Shown here: positions 52,361 to 64,000 of the stretch, piece by piece
Numbering within the stretch: the first letter of the stretch is position 1
Layout: every line of letters begins with the position of its first letter
Source of the DNA: Pecten maximus
Taxonomy: Eukaryota
Length of the DNA stretch: 64,000 bases
Direction of reading: 5' to 3'
Assembly (NCBI RefSeq): GCF_902652985.1
Contig: NC_047033.1
Coordinates: 24,738,001 to 24,802,000, forward strand
Position numbers and translations under genes: made by a program
Notes under the pieces: generated by a model
Told to the model about the DNA's origin: nothing
Databases searched by the model: none
The model's input: the letters and a program-made list of their open reading frames with translations, nothing else

Positions 52361-53899
52361 ATGTGTTTTACGTCATAAAAAGTAGTTCTTTGTGTATAAC
52401 GTCATAGAAACCGTCGTAAATTTTGGTATATTAGGGAATAACCTCAATTTTCTTACCGATGAGGATAAAATTAAATGTATATTGACACTTTAAGGAATGT
52501 AATAATTCATGTATTGAAAATCAAATATTAACATTAAATACAAAATAGTGACACATTCAACCTAAGAGTAATTTATGTAAGTTTGTGATAGACGATGTCA
52601 ATTAGAAAGACTGATACAGTATATTTTGAGTAAACAATCCGAGGTTGTCGAAAGTATCGATGATTGATGGCGTTTCAAGTAGGTATGTTGGTAAAGGTGC
52701 TCTCCATCGTCAATGTCTTGAACAACTTAAGTCATGACCTTATAATAAATATATAGGAATTGTAATAGTATTACAGATTATGTAATAATTCAGTTCGGTT
52801 CAGCACTAGCTGAATATGATAAAAAAAATAAAGAAAGATTTATTCTTTTTTGCTTAAACATTGACCAATCAGAAAGTGCTCAATTGTTCTGTAACTCTGC
52901 GAGACAATATCAAACTGTGTGAAGGTCTTGTTCCGGAACTAGGCACGGTAACAAAATGTGATCACCTGTGTCCCGGAGTATAATTCAATCTAAGACAGGT
53001 ATATCGAGAGTATACCAGACTATAAAGTATATTTATCGTATCAGAACCTAACAGCTGTCACAGTGTACTCGTCCGTTACCATGGTGGTGAGGCCATCCAG
53101 GGAGGGGTGATAGTGACTGGCAGGACATATGATAAACGTTTCCTCCCTTTCGTCATTTCAAAGAATAGGATTAACCATTCACACTGTGAAATTCCCCGGT
53201 ATGACTATCACTTTTACAGGGGAGTTTCAGTGTACTTTCACTGCTTCAATTTGTGGCCTCTCCATAATTTATTGCATTAATTAAGTATTTCCACCCCAAT
53301 AAATTATCGACGGAGAGGGAAAGTTCGTTAAAACAGCCACCCGCAAACGGTCACAACAATAAACGGGCGGGTCAATGGGGAACACTCCGGCAGTTTGACC
53401 TAGCGACATTTCACACCCATAAATTGCCATATTTGTGGACCCGTTTTGTCTCGAGTTGGGTAATACTCCATTACGGTGTGATGTATTGGGGTCCTAGTCA
53501 CCGTATCATTGAACAGAACGAGCGAATTACCCAGGTATTGTGTCGGCTATCGGTGGATTACAGTCCCCCCATACCGACGGCCACCCGGCACCTTCTCAAT
53601 CACTGAAAGTCGTTTATCAGGGCTATCGGTTGCTGACGAACCGTCTGCCAAGGGCTATCACCAGTCGAGAAATCCTCTATCCAGATAAGTTTGCGATAGC
53701 CTTGAGAGTATATGGTGTGTCTATTACACTGATCCTAGCGACTTATAGGGGATGATATGACGGACTGTCGTATTAGTGAAATACACAATCCAGCGACCAT
53801 AGACTGTAGATAGAAATCTGTTTGGAAATCATATCTATGTATGGGTGGGGGAGGGGTTTCTGGTAGTGGGTAGGGGGGCATTGTTTTGTAACCTAAACC

Positions 53900-54146
53900 C
53901 TCTCTGCTCAATTCGACACAAACAGGCAGAAAAAAACAACAAACATAGAAATATCCAATTGAATATTCAATTGAACTTTTTAAATCACAAAGTGCTCTTA
54001 GTACCTCAACCGCTCTGCTCAATTCGACACAGATAGACAGCAAAAAAAAACAAAAAACGAAAAAAAAAGACAAACAAACATACAAACATACAAATATCTA
54101 ATTGAATATTCAATAGAACTTTTTAAATCACAAAGTGCTCTTAGTG
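53900..54146. repeat. Local tandem duplication (110-143-bp period)
   Basis: CTCTGCTCAATTCGACACA and TTGAATATTCAAT.GAACTTTTTAAATCACAAAGTGCTCTTAGT each occur twice. Confidence 0.85.
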
Positions 54147-55029
54147 CTAACCAATAAAAACAAGCAAATTTTTTAATGTTCATGTTTCTTTCCGATAAAA
54201 TATTAGCCTGCTACTACAGCGTTCTTAATAATCTGCTACTGGTTATCTGTTACTGGTACTGAGGTAGTAGAAGACATTGTAAGTGTGATGAGATAATATA
54301 TAAACCGGTCTGCTGTTAACTAGCATGCATTGTTAGTAACTAGAAGAATTTGTAATGTCCTTGTTTTTGCCCAGTAAGACTGTGAGACAGTTCGTTACCC
54401 CTGACAGACGGGTTAGCAGGGTCTGACGATACACAAAATTGTACCACACTGCTTCAGGTGTAAGTTGTTATAAACGTCATCAGCTTAATTATATCCATAA
54501 GTTATTTCATTTTAGGACAAAATACGGAAGTATTAGCTTTTGGTATACAGTAATATATAGCAAGTACTACTGGTTATTTATTAAATTTAAAAAATAAGTC
54601 ATCAATATTTCTTTGGTGCAATTATAGACAATACAATACCATATTCATGATGTTTATTTTTACATTATGTATGTTGATGTCGCAAACAACAAAATGAGTT
54701 TAAAATTAAACTTTCGTGTATGACCTATAAGGTGACCAATCGACAATAGAAGATTGGTATAGAAGCACATGGTCAGGTAACCACACATTAAATGATAGAA
54801 ACTTTCCAATAAACATAGATATTAACACCCCCACAGAGGAATGGTAACTAATTATTGTATTTCAATATCTATTGCTGCATTTCCCTGTATTTCAAACGTT
54901 TAATTTAGATTTTACTGAAAGGTGAACATTATAATATTTTATGTGATGGAGACATTACACACACAATTCATAAAATTATTCATTAAAATTATATTTTATT
55001 TAATTCTATTTACTTAATCTACTGTATAC

Positions 55030-55190
55030 TATCTTTTTATTAATGGATTATTTTCTCTTAGAAATTATTACGCCGCTCTATCGGCCAATCAAAAGTGACA
55101 GTACAAGCAGCGACGTCATCCAATACGTAATGGGCTAATCACATAAATTCTAAGCCAATGGAAATGCTTGTTACGAGCAAGATGAAACTA
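55030..55190 (+). mobile_element. Partial hairpin-family element (CCAAT end)
   Basis: GCCAATGGAAATGCTTGTTACGAGCAAGA matches 52323-52350, and the fragment is homologous to 2571-2910. Confidence 0.65.
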
Positions 55191-58100
55191 CATGTATATG
55201 ATACGTACATCGTCGATATAAATATCATAACAGTATGACGTAGACTTTACAAACAAAAACAGACGTACGACAATGTCACTGTAAATCAATCAATTATTGA
55301 TTGACGGATTTTATCTATAATTATTTATATCATAAGGTTTTCAATTGGAATACTGTGTGATGATTATAATCATTTATGTATCAACTGTTCTTTATTTATT
55401 AAACGAAGTACGGCCCCCAATCAGGTCTTCTGTCTGCCAAAGGTATTTTTGATTGGTTATGATTCTCGTCATTGCAATATCAAATTGACCATTGTCCCTA
55501 ATGAAAGAGCCACACAAAACACCATGCCTCTCTCGATTGATAATTGATAATAATCGTTTAACTCTCTTTTTCATTTTCTGGAATCGGGTAGTAAATGACC
55601 ATCGACACGCCAGAGGAAGCTGTTAATTTATTCAGTTGAAACCTGTTGTTCAATTTCAAATTGAAATGAATTGGCTATGTAATAAATGAATATCTATTGG
55701 TATACAATAAACCAAATTTGTTATAGCAATACAGTAAAAATGACAATTGATTGGTAATATATAAATTATCATACTGAAAATGTGTATCACCTTAGCAATA
55801 TAAGTATATTACCAATTTATTACTATGATACTAGTTACGTATGCAAATATAATAGTTAGAAATATTAGTTAGAAATACAAATTATACTTACATCACGTGA
55901 CCAGGTGATGCAGCAACGTACACAATAAACAAGCAGATCAATAACGAAAACAAATGAGCATAAAAAGCTAAAAATAGAACAGAATGACAGAAATTGCACA
56001 CACTGGGGGTTTTCTCTCCCTTTCTTTAATTTTGTTCCAGTGACTATGTTCTGTGTGTAGGTGTCCGATAGACGTTTGAATGGCAAACATGGGGCAGCCC
56101 CTGCGATAAAAACGTTTTAAAGATGGATTGTGGTTCGGATCTTCCCTAAGATAAAGAGCATCAAACATACCAGCTTTGATGAACCTCGACTGCTATCTGG
56201 GTCCATCTCACGGGGAATGTATCTCCACTGTATATAGACCAGGCCTGGCAGGGAAGTTTGTCATGACGGACTAAGATTCAGGGGTCAGTTAGGTGATGGA
56301 GTGATCCGTAGTACATACTCAGGTGCTAACTGGTCATTAGAATAGTATCAATGTGTAAATAGAGCAATCATTGAAGACATTTATTGATACAATAATATTC
56401 GACACCATTTTAACTCTTCTGAAATCATATTCTACACCATTTTAACTCTACTGGTGATTTTGCCATCATTCCCATTTCATTTCTCTGTTCATTTTGAATC
56501 GTTTGGAAAACAGTGTTTAAGCAATATGAAACAAACTGATTTGCCTATTATTTCGGATTCACTGAAATAAAATTACAAATTTATAATGAAATTTTTGTCA
56601 GTCCTGATTTAACCCAAGCTGTTTTATCCTCATTATCTGTATGTGCTATCCTGGCGCAGCCAACCATCGTTACACAATAGAAGAATACGAAAATAAGGCT
56701 TTGAATATATCGATAGCTGCCCCCAAGATTCAAACGAAAACAAAGATGAAAAAATAATGTTGACGGAATGACTGCTTTCCATGTGGCCTGCATTGAACTG
56801 TCGACTCTGATACTTGCTAAACACATGTTATTTTCCCTCCAACAACTCGAGATTTGTCTAAGACCAGAATTGTCCTGGCACTTATTCATTTCTCCTAGAA
56901 ATGTAACAGATGTCAACCGGGAGTATCTTACTTTTTTATATAGACTACATGACATTTGTCATATCCGTGTGTGGTACGAAGTAATTGCCGACGGGTCGTA
57001 TGGTATATATCAAAACGTTTGCGGAATATTACCCCGAATCTTTGTGGTAGGGAAAAGAGCGCAAATAGTGCAGGAGAGTCATTGGTATGTTTTCCAAGAT
57101 GATGTCATCTTCAGAGGAATCCCAGTTATTTTCCTCTAAACAAACATTTTAGGCACAGTGACTGTATTTCTGAGTTATACTTAAACGTTTAAAAAATGCT
57201 TCAAATGTAACATGTGATTATTTTACGTCGTTCGCGAAAATAATATAATGGGTTTGGTCTGGTAATATAAAATTACACACACAAAAAAAAAAATGTTCGA
57301 CTTATGACTGGATTTTGGTGGACAATAATGATATAACTGTTAAATTTACAACTAAGTCGATTTTAGTAATTGTTAGCATCATCACAGAATGCTAAGCTGG
57401 TTTAAACCTGAAGGTTACATACCCGGGTAAATTGGCCTGTATCTCTCAATGACATAACTCAATGGATGTTTACATCCACTGCGTATCCAGAAACATACTG
57501 GGGTGACGTCCCATGCCGCCCAAACATGATTAAGAGCTTATTTAGGCATCATGTTTGTTTATTTGTCCAGATAACGTGTCCTATAGACCGATATTGATCA
57601 TGGTATCACCCATCGTACCCTTATACAAGCAGTTTAAAACCATAATAATATGAATTTCAGAAAACAAAACAAGCATTGTCCGATTAGTGATGATTACCGT
57701 GCATGATGGCGACTGTCAACAAATGGAGTTAAAAAAAAACATCGTGCTTTCCCTTCAGTTTCTCTTGTCATCGCCATATTCTCGAGCGCGAGATTGAGGG
57801 CGATGGGGTTATATGATAGTCGTGAGGTCGACAGTCGATACACTGAAGATTTCTCCGTACGTTTTCACAAACTATGTATCACAATAATATGACACTGATG
57901 TTTATAAATTCTTTCACTGTAGCTGAATATTAGTCTTAAATATTATACAAGGGGACGACAAAGATCGATTATAAAATCGGAGCAAAACAAGTGGTGGGAG
58001 AATAAGAAAATTATCCGCACGGAATCGTTACAAATAAGTTGGCAAAACGCGAATAGACCTTCTTAATAGTAAACAACAAAGGCAACTGGATTAATGATGT

Positions 58101-60481
58101 AATCGGGGTTATCAATTATAACGAAAACTCTGTCTTTTTGGGGTGGGGTGTGAGCGCCATACTTTGTGCTCTCTGGTGATATATTGTGATTTTATATGTG
58201 ATAAATGGTCCGTGTGTGTTGGCGCCATACTTTGCTTTATTTGTTCTCCGATGGTATATTGTGACAGCGTCAGGCTTTGTTTTTGCTCTCTGATGGTATA
58301 TTGTGATGTTATATGTGCTGTGATATAAATGTTCCTTATCTGTTAGCGCAATACCCTAGTTTATTTAAGTCCATTGTGTAAAAAAACGTTGTTTATTCTT
58401 TGTGTTTTAAAAGTACATTCATCGGCGTTGTATATTTTGTTTTTCTTTTCATTTTTTCCCGTTGGCACTGGCATATTGTTTTTCATTCTTTGGCGTTGAC
58501 ACTGTGGTATGTTTATCTTTTTTCAATATTTGGCGTTGACACTGAGGTACTTTTTGTTGATTCTTGTCCTTCTTTTGTGTTGACGATCTGATATACTTTA
58601 TCTGAGATTTAAAAATATTGATCAAATATAATATCAAATCTTACTATCGGACTTGTGTAATAATTGCAAATATCTCTCTTATCTGATGTATAGTTAGTTT
58701 TAGAGAATCTAGAAATGACACAATTTCTTTTTCACCAGGAGGTAGTGAATCAGGTACCGATGATAAACATTGTTTTCGGCAGTATCACAGGGGAGTCCCA
58801 GGGAATGTTTGTCAACTTTGCAGGGCGTTATGTGTGTTCAGTGGCAGATTGTGGTGACTCCATCAAGTCATAAATATGTTAAGGTGTGCGACGCTAACGT
58901 ACTAAAGGCTTCATTTAACAATTCTACCAGCACATATAGTTGTTACTTTAATATGTCCAATCTCGTAAATGACAATTGATATGCCGCGTTCAGTCCGTAT
59001 TTTATACAAAGGAGATGGGCGTACATTTGCTAAATGGCGTGTTGAAAATCCCAAAGTATGTTCAGTTGTGAAAACTAACTAAATACAGTGAACGAGAGAC
59101 GTGCACGCCTCAGTAAGCTACATACCAAGCGAAACACCTGGAAATCTGATTGAAGTGGAATCTATTGTTATTTCACCATGACAGATACCGATGTATTCAT
59201 ACGCCTTTTGAAATTGACGGATGATTGTTGAAGAAATGATCTACCTACGCGAGGGTAAAGAAGTGCGGATGGCCCTAATTGCTAAACGATTGCTTTAAAT
59301 GATTTTGTTCTGCGGACCACCAGAGTCACAGGAGATATTTCACATGTCATTTGTCTGGTGTATGAGGAGTTTGACGGCTGCTTTGTCTGCCAAACAGAGT
59401 GGCTATCCCCCTCGCACTCCCACTAAAATGCCAATAAGGCAGTCATACAACGCCCCTCTCACGTCAACAAGCCGTGCATTAAGTATTTACGTTTCATTGA
59501 TTGGGTTTAACTTGTACATTGACAAGGACATTTATAATAAATCTGCAAAAACGATACAACGATGTACATTTCTGTAAATAAATTGTCCTTGTCTGGGAAA
59601 ATATTCTTAATAAAAAATTGCGTCGGCGTTCGTATAGGAAAGGTACATGAAGTGCATGGCATCGTGTTCGAAGGGAAATATGTTGAATATACTGTAGTAC
59701 ATAGATTATCTGTATGCTGTGTTACGAATGTAGCGAGTAATTCTGAATTATCTTTTTGTGACTTGACCTTAGTGTACCGCTAACTTGTATCGAACCTAAT
59801 GTTTGAACGTGTAACTTATCTCCCTTTGGGGCCATTTTCTCATAACTGCTAGAAAATATATTTATATTGCATAGTCTTTTCTCTACATCAATGAACCAAC
59901 AGTTAATGACAATGTTTTTCTTGGACTACACCGACGTGTAATCTTGAATAAAATGGATAAGATTAATCAATTTTAGCAATTTGTTTTGGAAGAATGGGAA
60001 TAACAATGAAAGAACGAAAAGAAAAAAGATCAAAATCAAAGCGAAATATTCCAACGACATCGTGGAAAGTGATTTTAACTACTTTTCTAGGGTAGGACTG
60101 ATGTTGCCAACTAGAAATACGAGAGAGACTTCTCGTAACAAATGTATATGTACCTTCTTAATTAATTCATATTTTCAGGGGACAAATAGATAAACAATAT
60201 ATTTCGTACGGTGCGAAAGTGTGAAGGTCTGATACAAAGAATCTAGATGGGTTTCCTTTTCTAAAACTTGTTGTCTATGGTGAAGACTCATACAGAACTT
60301 TCTATCGATTCTGTTGAATTGCATTTTCTTTCCCTTTTAATATTTATATTGTCTACATTAAGGTATTATTTTGATATTATCTATGTATCAGTTTTATATT
60401 TATATATTATATATATACACTTTATGTCTTATCTTTATATTGTTTTTGTATTATTTTCATATCATTTCTGGTTTTTTTCAG

Positions 60482-60750
60482 GATTCAAAGAAACATCGTT
60501 CCTTTACGCCATGTCTTCTGCGAGCTTAGTACACGAATTTGCACGTGCGTGTAGCAGTGGGCGTCTAGACAGATGCACTTGCGACGAGTCAAAGAGTCTT
60601 CAGAACAAGGAAGCATGGCGGTGGGGTGGCTGTGGTGACAATGTTAAATACGGCTTCCGGTTCACAAGACGGTTCCTTCGACGGGCGAGAAGAAGAGGCA
60701 AAGACCATCGGGCAATGATCAACCAGCATAATAGCAAACTGGGGATACGA
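60482..60750 (+). CDS. Wnt9: Wnt9-family ligand, coding exon 3; final exon outside the window
   Basis: Acceptor tttttttcAG ends at 60481 and the phase-1 join gives G+GA. Encodes GFKETSFLYAMSSASLVHEFARACSSGRLDRCTCDE...EAWRWGGCGDNVKYG...HNSKLGIR, then donor GTGAGT at 60751. GFKETxFLYA, RCTCDE and WGGCGDN are Wnt9-subfamily signatures. Confidence 0.96.
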
Positions 60751-62247
60751 GTGAGTACACAAACGATAAATATATATAAAAAACAACAACAACAACAACA
60801 AAAAACAGAAAACAAAAACAAAAATAAAAACAAAACAAAAACTGACGTATTATGCAGGGGTTGTTCGGTGTATTTAATGAAACACTAAAGCCTGAGTTAA
60901 AAAATTCAGCTAGGTGTAAAGAAAATATTTTCACCACACTAACAACAGTGAACCGTTTATAATGTACAAAACAACACTTTTGTGCAACACAAACCGCCTG
61001 TTCTTCGTTTAATGATTTCAATTTGGAAATTTAATTTGATTTAACAAATGCATCCTTGGGTTATATAAAACCAACATATTTATGCATCTGTTAACATCGC
61101 TTCAGCAGTCTAGACAATGATCTTTGGTGTTTGTATATTATAACCTTTACATAGATTAGTTTTGAACACAATTGTATCACAACCTGTAGAAAGATCGGAG
61201 CGATCTCAAAGCTGTAAATGGCATAATGAGTATTGCTGTTGTTTGTTAGAGATACTAAAAAGAAAAGAAAACAAGAGAAAAAAATTACCTGATATAGATA
61301 TATCATTATTCCCGATTATAGTATAACGATAGACGATATATGGTGTCAATGATTGTAAACAATGTTTACACAAACTGTCTACTTCACGTTTGGATGGTAC
61401 TCCCAATAGGATAGCTGACTTGTCGTGTTTGCCATGTTCAGAGTTTGATAAGTGTGTTTTCAAGTGGATACCTGTGTGTGTTGACTTCAATGTGAGGTAG
61501 ATAGGTCTCAAAAGGTCTCCAGCTCTCCTTAATCTTGTGAAGTGAGAAGTTGGTATTTATAAGAAATGTTGATCTCCAAAAGACTAATTCGTACCGCAAA
61601 CATTATCAATCATATCTATATTTGTCTTGGTATTTAGAATTTCAAGCCAAGGACATAACTATCAGCATGCTTAACATACCACACCCCACAAAAACATTGT
61701 ATTATACACATTTTGTTATGTACTAAATTACAGCTTTCTCTGTTTATGAATATAATGTATAAATCATTTGCTCATTTAATCTAAAAATGATTGCCATACA
61801 CTGAATATGGCTTCCGTCAAACCAGTTTTTTTTCTGTATAAAAAACTGTTTAACGATAACCTTATTCGCATGCATATGTCAACGGTATGTTCTTTGCAAA
61901 AAATATCGATTTCAATATAGGATGATATGATATTAAGCACAAAAGGACAAACCGAAGTGTATGTCTTTATATAATTCACCCATACATACAAATGAATAGG
62001 CCAAGTAATCTTTACAAGCATTCAAAAAATCTGTCACAATTCAGAAACTTCTCAAAAATTGTTAAATACGGATAATCGTAAATAGCTTTTTTGTTACTTG
62101 TCATCGAGATTTTCAGCTACACGTATGCTTGGAAGCCTCTCTGAGCCGTTTGGGTCTGTAGATAAAATTTTGTAAGACAATACCAAATTTGAGATTCTTT
62201 ATCAATTCACAAAACTAAATATACAGTGTAATTTAAACATTTATAGA

Positions 62248-62510
62248 TTCGATATTGTGTCAGCAGTTATGACATATAATCGGTATCTCCTAGTTTCGAT
62301 ATTGTGATAGAAGTTATGACATAGAATTACTTTCTCCTAGTTTCGATATTGTGATAGAGGTTATGACATGAAATTACTATCTCCTAGTTTCGATATTGTG
62401 ATAGAAGTAATGACATAGAATTACTTTCTCCTAGTTTCGATATTGTGATAGAGGTTATGACATGGAATTACTATCTCCTAGTTTCGATATTGTGATAGAG
62501 GTTATGGCAT
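62248..62510. repeat. 47-bp minisatellite, about 5.5 units (Wnt9 intron 3)
   Basis: Unit TAGTTTCGATATTGTGATAGARGTTATGACATAGAATTACTWTCTCC. Confidence 0.95.
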
Positions 62511-64000
62511 AACTTAGGTAACTTTGTTAAAATTTGAATAGGATTTGGTATACTATGAGCTCTATAGCAATACTATTTCGAACTATTTCTATTTTGGTGC
62601 ATCATTTATTCATACTCGATATCCACATGGTCACAATCTAGTACGGTAATAGAGAATAGGAAACAAAGAAATGACGTCAGATAATTAAGACAGCTTAACG
62701 CAGCCGTGACCTAGTTTATATTGATGTATCGTATAAACACTACACGTGTCACGTGCGAGGGGTGATGAATTGTCGAAACAATGTGTGACAAAGAGTAATA
62801 TATATTTATGTTATTTTTTGCTACATTTATTTGTTTGCGATGTCCATCTGAAATCTATCATCTATCCACACCTCTGTGATATTAAAGCGTTTTATCAGTG
62901 TTTACCGGATAACAGAGATTTTCCACTTCAATGTCACAGTCGCCTTACAAGTGTATTACCACAAGGCGTATCAAAATCAATAAATGTCAATTAAAATCAA
63001 CTTAATCGATGACATTTCCTGGCAGCTGCGTGCTTTGGCCGCTTGTAGGTGTTTGTATTAGTTTAGGAATTGCAACGTAATGTAATACCATTGATTGTGT
63101 AACGACGATATCGAGCAGTGCAGGGGCAATATCACGTGAAACTTTCACAGCATGGGCGTCACATGTTTGACTGAACTGTTAGATCTTAAGATTAAGCAAT
63201 CATGAGGGATCATCGCGTTCTTTCTGGTCTGAATTCTGTCGTAAAGCCCACAGTCACAGACGCCACAGGTATTGCTTGCCTTACAGTGATGTATTGCATT
63301 GTAGATTAGCCAAGACCTCAGGTATCTGTCAATGGAAGTGTGGTCCACTGATCTGAGTAATTGCTGAAATATGTCTATTATCTGTAAAACAACACTTTTA
63401 TCGAACATATACTTAATAAGGTTATCGATATTCGAGAATTGTCATATTGGAGATATATTACTGAACTTATCACTTCCCCTTTCGTGATTGCTATCGTTAA
63501 ATGCTAAATCATTATTCAAATTCCTTCTCTCAAAAACATTTATGATAATCGTTTGTACAACTGTAGAGCACATTTATATAAATACTATAAATGGTAAATC
63601 ATTAATTTTCAATTACATAATACAAACTACTGCTTGATTTAAGTTAAATTGATACGTATTAATCTCATAAATTGCAATTAAAAATAACATATTAAGGATT
63701 GTAGCTAAATTCCTTTGGTGTTCAAATGTCCGAATTATGGCGTCCGGAAGGATTTTCATCCGGGCGATAAGGGAAACCTTGGGATGGGTGATCGTGTATA
63801 TTTATGCGTGAACAAATCTAAAAATTTATATTGCATTGGTACCTTCGGGCAGTGGCCTGTAGTTTGAATAATATACAGCTACAAATGTTATTATGAACTA
63901 TATCCTATACTTCACGACATAATATACGCCGTACTAGGGATTTGTGTGAAAGTCTGGAAGAATTAAAGATATATGTTTTCTTACACATTTATTAGAAGGA

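Noticed and set aside
56581-57139. Overlapping ORFs of about 120 aa on both strands
   Set aside because: No recognisable domain or splice support. Possibly a decayed element.
60268-60888. 206-aa ORF as a single gene with a hydrophobic N-terminus and poly-Q tail
   Set aside because: The flanks are intronic low-complexity read-through. Only 60482-60750 is the exon.
60751-64000. Final Wnt9 exon, including cacAG|CATGGGCGTC near 63150
   Set aside because: No CKCHGxSGSC-type motif was found on the + strand, so the exon lies further downstream.

Overview
This is AT-rich eukaryotic genomic DNA, probably from a bivalve mollusc judging by the repeat families (inference). It has two assembly gaps. The only host gene is a Wnt9-family gene on the + strand. 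Three coding exons (27577-27653, 38401-38678, 60482-60750) join in frame across introns of about 10.7 kb and 21.8 kb, and the last exon lies beyond the window. Exon 1 is too short for the ORF track and was found by reading. The rest is repeats: about 14 unrelated minisatellites, decayed Penelope-like retroelements with the permuted endonuclease-before-RT (Naiad-type) order, CR1/L2-like LINE 3' ends, a composite SINE with a TSD, and IS3EU-like and Harbinger-like MITEs. There is also a family of non-autonomous DNA elements ending in long hairpins. Four observations stand out. (1) These hairpins carry GNA triloops and tandem G.A pairs on one strand only, which points to a folded single-stranded DNA substrate. 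(2) A 5-kb intronic satellite is built of tandem intron-like units. (3) A pseudoknot module caps the SINE. (4) A degenerate hammerhead ribozyme sits in intron 1. All family names come from motif recognition; no database search was run.
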